The translations under genes and the position numbers were made by a program. Shown one piece after another: positions 1 through 13,073 of a stretch of DNA of 64,000 nucleotides (its first letter is position 1; every line of letters starts with the position of its first letter). The DNA lies in assembly GCA_964035545.1 (NCBI GenBank), contig OZ037767.1, positions 9,062,581 to 9,126,580 on the forward strand. The letters run 5' to 3'. Below the pieces are notes generated by a model. The model saw nothing but the letters and a program-made list of their open reading frames with translations. It was not told the origin of the DNA and made no database searches. The stretch is from Bugula neritina (Eukaryota > Animalia > Bryozoa).

Positions 1-230
1 GTGTCACATGTATCACAGTGTCACATGTATCACGGTGTCACATGCATCACCTTGTCACGTGTATTGCAGTGTCACGTGTATCACAGTATCACATATTTTA
101 CAGTGGCACATGTTTCACAGTGTCACATTTATTGCAGTGTCACATGTATCACGGTGTCACATGCATCATGGTGTCACATGCATCACCTTGTCACGTGCAT
201 CGCAGTGTCACATTTATCATATACATTATA
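1..230. repeat. 17-bp minisatellite (GTGTCACATGTATCACA-like) in intron 3 of sulfotransferase copy A
   Basis: Degenerate tandem copies of gtgtcacatgtatcaca; the same satellite sits in the equivalent intron of copy B (10915-11105). Confidence 0.9.
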
Positions 231-573
231 GAATAAAGTAAACCTGTAGGCCAGTTCATATGGAATTGCATATCCCTATAAATTAGTTTTCCTACGTCAC
301 CAAACATTTATAAACTGAGCTAAACTATATTGCTTGTTTTCTTGATCAAAATGTTTGCAAGAGAGATCGGGATTTCAGTGCAAAAACAGATTATCACAAC
401 TGAGGGAATTTCTTTCTTTTCTACTTAAACTTTTTAAATTTGTTTCAGATGCAACTAAACTCTAGCTAATTTATTACACATGTATCTTGCAATTTTTTCA
501 AACCTTCTACTGTGATTATCCGATTGTTATCTACAAATATTTATATTCCAGTATATAGTGTGGGAATTCAAAC

Positions 574-1410
574 CTTGGCCTGGTTTCTGCCAGTCTATAT
601 GCATCTTCTTGTTAGGGCTAGGAACCAATATGTTCAGTTGGTTACTTCTCACAAATCTCGATAGCAGAGTGAACAAGGTGGATGTTCCAGTTTTCTCAAT
701 TTTCACCATCACAAATTGTTTTCTTTTGTTCGGACAGAGGTTTGCTAATTAGAAGTAAAACAGTTGTCAGAGTACTAGAGATAACTTTGCACTGCTTAAT
801 ACACCACAACTCTTTAAATTTTAGTAATATTGCATATAACATGTTAGTGTGCTGTTTAGTATTTAAACTTTATTAAACATGTTACTTTTAGCATGATTTT
901 TAGCAAAACTTAACATATAACTGCTAGCATGATGTTTAGTATAGCTCTACATAAAATGAAAGCATGCTGTTTAGCACTTACATGAATGCATCTGTGGTTT
1001 AATATCTTCATCTTCACTATGCTTTATAAATGGAGGTTTCTTTGAGTTTTCCTGTGTGTAGGACAGCCTTAGGGACACATCTCTTAGTGCTGAGCTCCTA
1101 GAGATTTATTTACATACAGTGAAGTGAAAAAGTGAGTCTGCATGTATGACTATAAATATGCATGTATGACTATAAATATGTATGATTATAAGTATCAACA
1201 TGTTACATTATACTGCAGTAGAGTGTAGAGTGACAGGTGGTGAAAAACTGAGCACTCCCTATTAGAAAAAGCTGATGAAAACTGAGATTGAGAATAATAC
1301 ATACTTACATTGCAGATGAGTTATAGAAAAAGAATGCAAGATAAATAAGACTGATAAAAAAACTCTATAAGTATTAATATTAAAGTGATTTTGATTTTTC
1401 TTAGAGCCAT
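574..1410 (-). CDS. Galactose-3-O-sulfotransferase-like protein, paralog A, 5' part only (3' exons lie beyond the window start); apparent +1 frameshift in exon 1
   Basis: Exons 1410-1309, 1097-982 and 744-574 with GT-AG boundaries. CPNKRKQFVMVKIEKTGTSTLFTLLSRF matches the Gal3ST 5'-PAPS-binding region (FLKTHKTASST). Collinear with paralog B. Exon 1 is 102 nt where phase requires 101, giving TAA at 1323-1321. Confidence 0.75.
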
Positions 1411-1599
1411 TGTATATACCTTCTTCCTTGCTACTATCTAAATACTGAAAAGAATGCTGTTATATACAAACGTTGCATTATACACACAGTTGAACAAATA
1501 CAGCATCAAACTCTAATTTCAAAGAGCTATGATATTGTTATGAGGTTTTATGCCTCACTAGTTAAACTCAATTCAACTTGAACTCCATCGGAAGTAGGT

Positions 1600-1751
1600 G
1601 CAGTAATGAAGAAATTGAGAAAAGCCAGTGTTCTAGAAGAAAAATGTAGCAATGGAAGTTGTGTTCTCACAAGAATTTAAACCCGCCCCCCAAACCAAAA
1701 TTTAATAATAAAACTAAAAAGCTTAGGCTATCTCGATTTTTCCACTACTGC
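1600..1751. mobile_element. MITE family A (~150 bp, ~26-bp terminal inverted repeats)
   Basis: gcagtaatgaagaaattgagaaaagcc ... ggctatctcgatttttccactactgc; further copies at 34438, 35557 and 57381. Confidence 0.75.
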
Positions 1752-2787
1752 TCTTAAATTTCAATTAGAAGACAGATAAAATGCAGTTAATTGATATAAT
1801 AAAAATGTTTTAGATTCTAGAAGCATGGTAATTATACAGAAATATTTTACATAGTACATACTAACAGCAAACTAGTATGGCTGTTGTAGCACATGGCTTG
1901 TTATTTTTAGAGCAACATTCAGTTAAAAAGTTTGCAGTTAAAGAGGTTGAATAGTGCCAGCCTGGTGGCACTGGCATTAAAGTATAATTGGGCCAAAGTC
2001 AGTCTAAAAAATACAAACTTTCACATCTATAATTCCAATAACTAAATATATCCATTCATCAGGTTGATGATGTTATATAATAATATCAACTCCCAGCTAG
2101 CAAATCTTATTTTCCTGAAGTATCTGCATCTCACTGGGTAACTAAGTTCAGCATATTATAAAACGCAAATTATCTAGGAATTTTCCTTCTGACGTGATAA
2201 AACAATCCCAATTCAGGCATCACTGGCTATCTCAATCATTCTTTAGGGTACAGGCTATTGCTGCTGTTTCATTTAGATCTTCTTCTAGCCCTTCCATTTT
2301 GCCAGACATGCCATTCAATTAAAATGAAAGCAACTAGAATATTTGATTTCTTAGAATCAACCACAAGGCAAACCCTCATATTACAATTCTTCAATTGTCT
2401 GAGAACTTTGAAATCTTAAAACTATCAACAAGCCAGTCTGTTAAGACGATTGTTTAATTTGAGCTGAAGTATTATATTTCTTCTTATGTTGTATTTCATA
2501 GAGAAGCTCGGCTGTATATTTCAACACTATGCCACTTGTTCACTGTTCCTAGTATATTGTGTTGTACAGAAACCAAAGCACTCTTAGTCACAACTTAGAA
2601 TTATCTTCTCTTGTCAAGCAATATAATGATGTCATAGCAGTGATACCGTTTGTTTGAACATTCTCAATGAGTTATTTTAGTGAGCATGCTATGCTATATG
2701 TTCTCCTTGTATTGCTTGCTTGTATTTGATTTAGGCTTTTGTGTTCTAAAAATTAAAATAAACCATTCTAGATTATTATATTATATT

Positions 2788-2995
2788 GGAGCAGCTGTGG
2801 TCTAGGGATTAAAACATTGGCCTAGTAAACACCAAGTCATGGGTTCATCCTCAGTAAAGGCCATTCATTGCTGATGTTAGTAAGAGCATCCAGTCATATT
2901 TATGCTCCTGTGCGACATGGGAATAAGTCTATAGCCCACTTTACAAAGCCCAAAGGGGTTCTCACAAGGATAGTGACTATAAACTTGCATGAGTT
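2788..2995 (+). mobile_element. tRNA-derived SINE
   Basis: ggagcagctgtggtctaggg head (A-box-like), B-box-like gggttca, shared tail gatagtgactataaacttgcatgagtttt; five copies in the window. Confidence 0.8.
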
Positions 2996-3671
2996 TTTTC
3001 TTTCAACCTTCTTATTTCCACAGAGATAATATCTCATTACATGAAACACATTGAGAAAGCATCTTCCAGAGGTGCAAACTTTTTAGCCGCTAAAAACTAA
3101 CTTACAGATTATTTTGACAAGTCAAACCCAGTTTATTCTTTGTACGAATCTCCATGAGAAACCAGTCTCTTATGATAATTAATCTGTTGTTTATGAATAC
3201 TTAGGCGGAGTATGATGAAGGAGTATACACACTGCGTCATGAACTTTGTCTGCTAGCGTAAAAAAAGCACCGGTTGCTTTTCTAGTTATAAATCAAAAAA
3301 TGCTTAAATAAGTGATATTGTATATTTTATTATTGATATTGAATTAATTTTCCAATACATACATTGTCTGTAAATAGATTCAATAAGCTGTTTGAAGCTG
3401 GAGTATGGTTGGGCTCTATTTTATATAAAACCAACAGTAGCAACACCTATTGATATAATGCTTGACTTACATGTTGCATAAGCTACTACTATAGGCTGTA
3501 ATTTAGGAAGTTGGCCTACTAATTTTTTTAGTAAGTAATTTAAAAAGTTAAGTGTAATTCACAAAAAAGCTTCATGGGGTAATTTTTTTAATTTACAGCA
3601 AAATTTAAAAGTTTAATATGCACATACATTCTAGTTATTTGTTACAATAGATGGTATTTTGGACATCTTTG

Positions 3672-6600
3672 TCATTTACAAATTCCTTTCTTAAACGCAT
3701 ATGCAGAAGTGCAATCATAAGCTTTTCTACTATAATATATGATATCTCTGCACAAAGTGGGTGTGAGTACAAACTGCGGGTGGTATTGAGTAGACTCCAC
3801 AATGGAAGAATGTTGAGACCTAATGGTTTCCAGGCATATCTGGTTAGTAACTCTGGTATTTAGCTGAGTGAAGTACGTCACCTACAAACAGACAAACAGA
3901 TTAGTCTTATGATGTGCGGAGACAAGCTGAAGACATGGGAGACGGTCACTTCACATGTCGTAATGGAACACTCAGATCTCTTGCACTGCATTCATTTAAT
4001 CATAGTTATAAAAGAATTGTATTTATAATAATTATAATAATTTTCAGTTTTTTCACCTCCTCCCAGAATCCTGGTTCCTTTAGTTCTGGTTGACTCCACC
4101 AGAGTTTTGATACAGCGTCATATAATATCTTATCCCCCAGATTAACTTCCTTAGATAACACTTTCTTGATAGATTCATGAGATAACTTTGTTAGTCTTGA
4201 TGATAGTACATTTTGACTAACATAAAATATATCTGAATATTCCCAGCAAAACCTTTTTTTCATTATTACTAGCGACGCATCAAATTTCTCATTTAACATC
4301 GGTAAATCAATCCTACAACAAAATATAAAATGTCGTCCAGTGGCTTAATTTTCAATGCTGCAGGCAACTGTTAGGTTAACAGTCTAGTTGCAGCAGAAAA
4401 GTCTAGTAGGGTTTAAATATGGTGAATTTACTTTCAAAGAAAATTGAAAACTATGAATCTAGCATGATTTAGTGTTCACTCTGTATCTGGTTTTCAGTAG
4501 CTGATTTTAGAGTCATCTTAAAGTTACTATATCAATCTTGAATTTTATTTCTTTTACAAATCAGAAATTACTGTTGAACAGTTTGCTAAAGCTTACCACA
4601 GTTTTCTAGATAATAATTCTACTACCATCAACTTACCTCGGAACAATGTCTTTTACAAACTCTGTTATGGCCGTCATGTTATCTTTCTGATTGTAGTCAA
4701 ATCCTAACCATTGCAAAAATGGAAGATGAAACCAGCTCATCATACCCGCATGCCATGGGGTTCTACTTTTGAATAGAAGATTGTTATCCTGTATAATCTT
4801 ATTAGGATCCTAAAATCAGAAACAACAAAAACTGAGAAATCCAGTTATATATGTTTAGTACAAGAGCTTCTTGTCATAACCAATTAATGAAATTTTATCT
4901 CAAGTTACTATTGTGTGGATATTTCCTTCTCTAGTCAGTGCAGTACAAATACCTGCAAAATAAATTGCATTTTGCTGTACTACAATAACCGGTTTGTCTG
5001 AATATATATAAACCATATTATTATACATGCAGATGTAAGCAACAAAGACATAACATCATATATTTTTATTATCGTGTCAAATAAGTATTCAACTATCACC
5101 ACCGACTACCACCAACTACCACCACCTACCACCACCTACCACCACCTACCACCACCTACCACCACCTACCACCAACTCCCACCAACTACCACCAACTACC
5201 ATCATGCACCAACTGCCACCACCAGCCACCACCAACTACCACCACCTACCACCAACTACCACCAACTGCCACCACCAACCGCCACCAACTACCACTAACT
5301 ACCACCAACTACCACCAACAACTACCACCAACTACCACCAACAACTACCACCAATTACCACCACCAATGTTAGTTTTAGTAAAATAATGTTATTGCTGTA
5401 GATTCAACTGGTCTCTATTGCCTATTGAAACATGCTATTTCAATTTTCTAATGCTCAATATAATAATATATGGTAGGCAATAACTTTGACTTTTTATCAC
5501 AGTGGCAGGGTAAGTCAGCATTACGCAGGATAGTTAAGGGCAACCTTTTAGCTACAATTGCCTAGCTGAGGTTTGCATTGTAATCATATAAGAATTCAGT
5601 ACCAGTAAAATAAAATCTCACCTAATTGTGCTAGAGTCAAAATTTAAAAACTATGTTGTAGATCTTCTTTTTCCCCAGTGTAACCTTTTTGGAAATTTCA
5701 ATTTTCATTTTTTTTGCAAAGTTATAGACAAAAAGCTGCCCAGTTTTGGCCAATTTTGTCTGAAAAGCTGACTTTTCAGTACCAGTAAAATATCTCAGCA
5801 GCAAAATATGATATCTGATTAAAAATTGCATTGCTGGAATCCTGAGATATTTTTCCAGTGTAAGTTTTTTTCTTTTTCCAATAACTCTTCTAGATTGCCC
5901 ATAAGTTGGTAATTTATACACTGAAAATGCCATATTTTTTCATGGGTATTTAGCAGCGCGCAGCACTTCACGCTTCAATGAGCACGTAGAGATGAGAAGA
6001 TATTGGCGCGTACACACTAATTACAGGCTTGCTAGCTGGCAGGCTATAATGAATAGCTTGCTTTGTACGTTGTTTATTTAGCACCCATAATGGAATGTTG
6101 ATAGATAACGCAGCTCTAATGAAGGTTGCTGCTTATTGGTTGTAGTTTGATATTAGGCTAAACAATTGCAAGTAGGCAACACGCATGTCACCCGCAAAGC
6201 CATATTATTCAAGAACCTAAACTACATTTTGGGGGAAATTTATCATAATAATATTCTTAGTAGGGATTCTGTGTGGTTTATTACTGCGGGCAGTAGCCGA
6301 CTAGATTATATGATGAAGGAAAATTTAGGGAGCTCCTTGCAAGAATGGATTTTCTGTACTAATTTGCAAGCTCTATAAGAAGATTAATGCAACGAAAGGG
6401 AATGCTTGAGAATTCTTGCTGTTTTGAAAAGTTCAAATTTACATATTTTTATGTATATGCTTATAAAATTTAATATATTGTTTCAGCCCATGGGAGTGTA
6501 TTCATATAGTATATTGTACATTAATATTCAATTATTTAAAATTGCAAATCTCATATTTATAGGTTTTCTGAATATTTTACAATTTGCATCATGTAAAACA

Positions 6601-9600
6601 TTAATAATAATTCCACTTAAAAACAGAAAATTTAGTATATTGTTTCATGTGAGAATGATTTATTGATTGAAACAAGTACTAGCTATAACTTGGTAATTTA
6701 TTCATCACTATACAAAGTGAGAAGTTGTGGCTAATTCCCATATAATATGAGTTTCACTAGTTTGTAGTGGGATATTAGAGGTAATGGTGTATAACTTTTA
6801 TAGTTTGGTAAGAATGTGATCACTTCAACACCAATTTGCTTATAATTATAATAACGCATTGTGTCATAATAACGTTATTATAAATTTGGTTTTAGCTATT
6901 TGAGGTATATTGTACTAACAGCTTGAGTCATAACATTGAATGAGTCACCAATTAAACAGTGAAGTAATATTATGCCACAGTCATTCTCACCATTCTATAA
7001 TTTTTGTGTAGCCTAATTCACTATACAGTGTATATAATATATATATACAGTGCTTATAGCATTCACACTATTTTTATAGAAACATCATTATGGCTGTATG
7101 TTGCTTATATTTAAATCATATTATTTATAGCCATATAAGGTAAACTTTGTTGATTCACTATTTAATGTAATGCTTATACAGAAATTATTGCATCATCATA
7201 ATATACATGATAAAAATTTGTATGAGCAGGTTACTGTGTGTGTAGTCAAGGCTGGAATAAGAACAAGTGGCCTGTAATGTTTATAATAGAACAATGCAAC
7301 AGAACAATACAATCAAAGTAAATACTGCATAAGCAGGTTAAGTTTTATTTTTCAAAGATGTAAGTTATGGTGTTGATCAAAGTATATTTATGTAACTATT
7401 AATGAAAATAAGTTTGTGGCAATTGATTTCATAAAAACTGCTTCAGCTCTTCAAACAAAAGAAATAATTTATATAAATACAATATGCTGTTTACTTTAAT
7501 CTAAGATTTTGCCATCAATAAGCTATTGTGATCGATGATTACAAATGACGATTAGCAGAGAGTCTATCACAAATATTCTATCATGTGTGATAGTTTTGTG
7601 GGTTATGAATGCAGCTAGTGCCTTACATACTTGTTACAAAGAACAAGGCAAGAAATAAGGTAGAAGATAAGGTAGCTTTATTGTAGTCGAATGATCCAGT
7701 AGTCCGTATCCAGCGAGCTCCAGTAGTAGACTGAATCTACACTGAAACTCGCTGGCTTTTATATACACGCAGGACAAAGACATTCCTTTGTTGCCGAGAT
7801 CGGAGGCCCGAAATGCCGAATTGGCATCTCGGCACTTCGGTAGTCCGGTAGTCCGATATGCCGAAAATCAGCATATCGGTGTTTCGGAGGACCAAAGTGC
7901 CGATCTCGGCAACCAAGGACACACACACACAACATAAATCTACCACACATGGTTGGTCGTTAGACAATGCTAGTTGTCGCTGCTACCAAATATTATAAAT
8001 AAAACCTATCAGGAGTGTAGAGTTTGTACGTTTAGTTTATACAACTTCAAATGTTCATACATGAATAGAGCATAGCAATTAATATAGATGTAGCTTAAAT
8101 GATTACTGCACGTAACTGGAGTTTTTTGTTTAGAATTGGTTATTCTACCAGCAGAGGTAACAATTGGCTTTTTCTTTAATTGAAGTTTTTCCAAAAAAGA
8201 TTGGCCATATACCTAATCACTATGCACATTCATCTTTGTAGTAAAACCAATTACAACACTCTCTAGTAGAGATGCCAATTGCAATCTTCCCTAGTTGGAT
8301 TGGCAATGCTCCTAGCAATTATGCCAAATCTGCCTAGGAGAGATGACAATTGCAGTCTCTCCTAGTGGAGATACCAATCGCTATCTCCCCTAGTAGTAAT
8401 GCCAATTAAAAACCCAACTAAGAGAATACATAATTTACTACTAAAATTTGCACACTCAATTTTCTCACCTACCACAGCAGCTTATTGGTTTTTGAAAATT
8501 TATGCTATGTTCATGTACATTGAAATTAATAGCTTGTTTTTAGTTGCGCCAGTCTTGCATAAACACCATAAAATGCTGAACTGGAAAGGATTCACAGCTT
8601 ATAGCTCACTGCATATATTTATTGTTTTTGATGATACCTATTAGTCAATGACAACCTCAAACTTTCACACGAAATAATTATGAACATCATATAATTAAAA
8701 CCTATCAGGAGTGTAGAGTTTGTACGTTTAGTTTATACTACTTCAAATGATCATGCATGAATAGAGCATAGCAATTAATATAGTTATAGCTTTGATGAAT
8801 ACTGTAACTGGAGTTTTTTGTTTGGAATTGGTTATTCTACCAGCAGCGGTAACAATTGGCTTTTTCTTTAATTGAAGTTTTTCCAAGAAAGATTGGCCAT
8901 ATACCTAATCACTATGCACATTCATCTTTGTAGTAAAACCAATTACAACACTCTCTAGTAGAGATGCCAATTGCAATCTTCCCTAGTTGGATTAGCAATG
9001 CTTCTAGCAATTATGCCAAATCTGCCTAGGAGAGATGACAATTGCAGTCTCTCCTAGTAGAGATGCCAATTGCAATCTCCCCTAGTAGTAATGCCAATTA
9101 GAAACCCAACTAAAAGAATACATAATTTACTACTAAAATTTGCACACTCAATTTTCTCACCTACCACAGCAGCTTATTGGTTTTTGAAAATTTATGCTAT
9201 GTTCATGTACATTGAAATTAATAGCTGGTTTTAGTTGTGCCAGTCTTGCATAAACACCATAAAATGCTGAACTGGAAAGGATTCACAGCTTATAGCTCAC
9301 TGCATATATTTATTGTTTTTGATGATACCTATTAGTCAATGACAACCTCAAACTTTCACACGAAATAATTATGAACATCATATAATTAAAACCTATCAGA
9401 AGTGTAGAGTTTGTACGTTTAGTTTATACTACTTCAAATGATCATGCATGAATAGAGCATAGCAATTAATATAGTTATAGCTTTGATGAATACTGTAACT
9501 GGAGTTTTTTGTTTGGAATTGGTTATTCTACCAGCAGCGGTAACAATTGGCTTTTTCTTTAATTGAAGTTTTTCCAAGAAAGATTGGCCATATACCTAAT

Positions 9601-12161
9601 CACTATGCACATTCATCTTTGTAGTAAAACCAATTACAACACTCTCTAGTAGAGATGCCAATTGCAATCTTCCCTAGTTGGATTAGCAATGCTTCTAGCA
9701 ATTATGCCAAATCTGCCTAGTAGAGATGCCAATTGCAATCTCCCCTAGTAGTAATGCCAATTAGAAACCCAACTAAGAGAATACATAATTTACTACTAAA
9801 ATTTGCACACTCAATTTTCTCACCTACCACAGCAGCTTATTGGTTTTTGAAAATTTATGCTATGTTCATGTACATTGAAATTAATAGCTGGTTTTAGTTG
9901 TGCCAGTCTTGCATAAACACCATAAAATGCTGAACTGGAAAGGATTCACAGCTTATAAGCTGTGAATCCTATATATAGCTCACTGCATATATTTATTGTT
10001 TTTGATGATACCTATTAGTCAATGACAACCTCAAACTTTCACACGAAGTAATTATGAACATCATATAATTAAAACCTATCAGGAGTGTAGAGTTTGTACG
10101 TTTAGTTTATACTACTTCAAATGATCATACATGAATAAAGCATAGCAATTAATATAGTTATAGCTTCAATGAATACTGTAACTGGAGTTTTTTGTTTGGA
10201 ATTGGTTATTCTACCAGCAGCGGTAACAATTGGCTTTTTCTTTAATTGAAGTTTTTCCAAGTAAGATTGGCCATATACCTAATCACTATGCACATTCATC
10301 TTTGTAGTAAAACCAATTACAATATTGAGTAAGTAGAATATTCTTCAATATTACTATCACTTAGCCAACAGGAAGTAAGTCAAACTTCAAAATTAATACA
10401 AGATTTATACACAAACAACTTTTATGAGAAACTAACCATGAAACTGCATTTAGCTGATAGTCAACATGCTTTTAAATATTTCAATACTACATAAATGTTG
10501 ATTTTCAACGTCCTGCTTTAAAACAGTCATATTAAACTGTGATAGATTTACCTTGCCACTAGTACCTATGTCTTTGGCAAAAAAATTAATAGCTGACTTT
10601 ATCCATGAAGTTGGCTCTCGCACTGGAACTATTAACTTGAAATCTTTTTTAATGTGTCTGTCAAAGATTGATCTGTTATATTTAGCATGATGGATAAGAA
10701 CATCCGCTCTGTCCACCTTTTCTGGACCAATCTGCCAAACTGAAAGAAAAAGGCATTAACATTTTTATTATGTTTTGTTAAATTGGATTTAAAATGACAA
10801 ACAAATTTCACATTTCTCTTAAACTTTATTTTAGTACGGGCTTGTATGATAATTATGGAGTTGAAAAATCATAAAATTAGCAGCATCATGTTAATTTAAA
10901 TCAAATTATGTATCATTTTACATATCACATGCATCACAGTGTCACATGCATCACAGTGTCACATGTATCACATGCATCACAGTGTCACATGTATCACATG
11001 CATCACAGTGTCACATGTATCACAGTGTCACACGTATCGCAGTGTCACACGTATCACAGCGTCACATGTACCATAGTGTCACATGTATCACAGTGTAACA
11101 TGTATCCTGGATTCTTTTATCTAAATAAGGAGAACATTTTTGCATTTCTACGAAATTTGTTGTACTTGTTACAAGCGCGAAACTATAGAGTATAAACTCT
11201 AGCATTTATTATATGTATATCCTGCAAGTTTTTAAAGCCTTCTACAGTCATCAAATTTTTATCTACAAATATTAGAGTAGTGTGGGAGTTCCAACCTAGC
11301 CCTGGTTTTTGCCAGTCTATATGCACCCACTCGTCAGGGCTAGGAACCAATAAGTTCAGTTGGTTACTTCTCACAAATCTCGATAACAGAGCAAACAAGG
11401 TAGAAGTTCCAGTTTTCTCAATTTTCACCATCACAAACTGTTTTCTTTTGCTCAGACAAAGCTTTGCTAATTAGAAGAAAAACACATGTCAAAGTAATAG
11501 AGATAACTTTGCACAGCTTAATACACCACAACTTTTTAAATTTTAGTAATATTGCATAACATGTTAGTGTGCTGTTTAGCATTTAAACTTTATTAAGCAT
11601 GTTTCTGTTAGCATGCAGCATGCTGCTTAATAAAACTTCACATAACATGTGAGCATGCTGTTTAGCATGCTGTTTGGCACTTACACGAATGCATCTGTGG
11701 TTTAATATCTTCATCTTTGCTATGCTTTATAACTGGAAGATTTGAGTTTTCCTGTGTGTGGGAGAATTTAGGTGACACATCTTCTGGTGTCGAGCTCCTA
11801 GAGATTTATTATATATGAGTGAAGTAAAAGACTAGAAGAATAAACATATATGACTATAAGTATGTATGACGTTACAAATATATATGACTTTGTACATTAA
11901 TGGCTATAGCAATACACTCGTCTTACTATGTATATATATATATAAGATAAACATGTACCACATATATGACTATTAGTATATTATATACAGTAGATCGAGT
12001 AACAGAGCACAATTTTTATTAAAAATTTGATGGAAACTGAGATTGAGACTAATACATACTTACATTGTAGATAAGTTATTGGAAAGTAATGCAGGATAAA
12101 ATATACCGATAGAAAACAATATTGGTATTAAAAGTATAGTTTTTAACTTTTTTTGAGCCAT
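3672..12161 (-). CDS. Galactose-3-O-sulfotransferase-like (galactosylceramide sulfotransferase family) Golgi type II membrane protein, paralog B, complete, ~402 aa
   Basis: Seven phase-consistent exons: 12161-12064, 11797-11685, 11466-11296, 10739-10552, 4809-4637, 4312-4057, 3881-3672 (1209 nt). N-terminal hydrophobic anchor; VKIEKTGTST (5'-PSB), HHAKY, VREPTSWIKSAINFF (3'-PB) and DLPMLNEKFDASLVIMKKRFCWEYSDIFY all match Gal3ST family motifs. Confidence 0.88.
5096..5367. repeat. (ACC/ACT)n degenerate trinucleotide microsatellite
   Basis: Runs of accaccacctaccaccaact; intronic. Confidence 0.9.
7785..7918. mobile_element. Small GC-rich MITE-like element with 19-bp terminal inverted repeats
   Basis: cctttgttgccgagatcgg ... 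ccgatctcggcaaccaagg (18/19 complementary), with internal repeated ccga/tcgg motifs. Confidence 0.65.
8001..10323. repeat. Tandem array of ~690-bp units (3 full plus 1 partial) with internal ~30-bp palindromic subrepeats
   Basis: Unit start aaaacctatcag at 8001, 8697, 9388 and 10071; units nearly identical; lies in intron 4 of paralog B. Confidence 0.92.
10915..11105. repeat. 17-bp minisatellite (GTGTCACATGTATCACA-like) in intron 3 of paralog B
   Basis: Tandem cagtgtcacatgtatca units. Confidence 0.9.
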
Positions 12162-12873
12162 AATATACCTTCTTCCTTGCTACTATCTAACTACTGAGGA
12201 GAAAGCTGAATAAAAACATTGTGTTATGCGCAAAGCTAAACAACTACAGCATACAGCCATACAATGGCTCCAGTTACAAAAGGTTATCAACTCAGTTTAA
12301 TTAAATAGAAGACTGAAAAAATGCTGTTCACCAATATAAATATGTTCTAGAAGATTTTCATTGTATAGAAACTTTCTACACACTGGTGAAAACTAGCTAG
12401 TAACACAAAACACAGAAAGTACAGTCAAACTCATTCAGTACATGTCACTGCAAACTCATTATGACCATATTGATTACTTTAATTTTGTGAAGAAACTATT
12501 ACATGTACTAGTAATTTAAACTGCCAATCAAATGTAAGGTAATACTGCACCGGCACACATTACACTAACTGTTGAATGGTAGACATAACAATACAAGTTT
12601 CATCCAAGTTATATCTTTATAATTCTGAGTTGGAAACAATGTATAAATAAAATCTATGACTTTTGATAGAAAAAGATCTAAATAAAAGTTAATGTTTAGT
12701 TGTCTCAGAGTTGTGCACCATATTGAAATATAACTTTTTTAATTCATTGATATGCTTATTGAATTATATAACAACAAACATGATGGTAAATTGTACTTGA
12801 TTGTTTAACAGAAACTGAGGCCAACTAATCATATTTTACATTAAGTCTGTAATAAGTAAAAAAAGTAAAAAAA

Positions 12874-13073
12874 GGGAGCTGCCGTGCAGGTTTAGGGGTT
12901 AAAGCACTTGAGTGAACACAAAGTCTTGAGTTCAAACCCGACAAAGGCCATTGGTGATGTCAGGAAGAATTGCTCCTGTGCCTCATCTCAGCAAGTCTTT
13001 AGCCCGTTCTAACAAAAATCCTTTCCATCAGGGGTTTCTCACAGGGATAGTGACTATAAACTGGCGTGAGTTT
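12874..13073 (+). mobile_element. tRNA-derived SINE
   Basis: gggagctgccgtg head, B box gagttcaaaccc, tail gatagtgactataaactggcgtgagtttt. Confidence 0.8.

Noticed and set aside
1-241. His/Cys-rich ORFs in three frames (also 10908-11195)
   Set aside because: Translations of the 17-bp intronic satellite.
5074-5401. Pro/Thr/His-rich mucin-like ORFs
   Set aside because: (ACC)n microsatellite inside an intron; no splice support.
5590-6400. Possible DNA-transposon remnant and ORFs 5637-5933, 6166-6378
   Set aside because: Only a short direct repeat (cagtaccagtaaaata); no termini or protein motif I can support.
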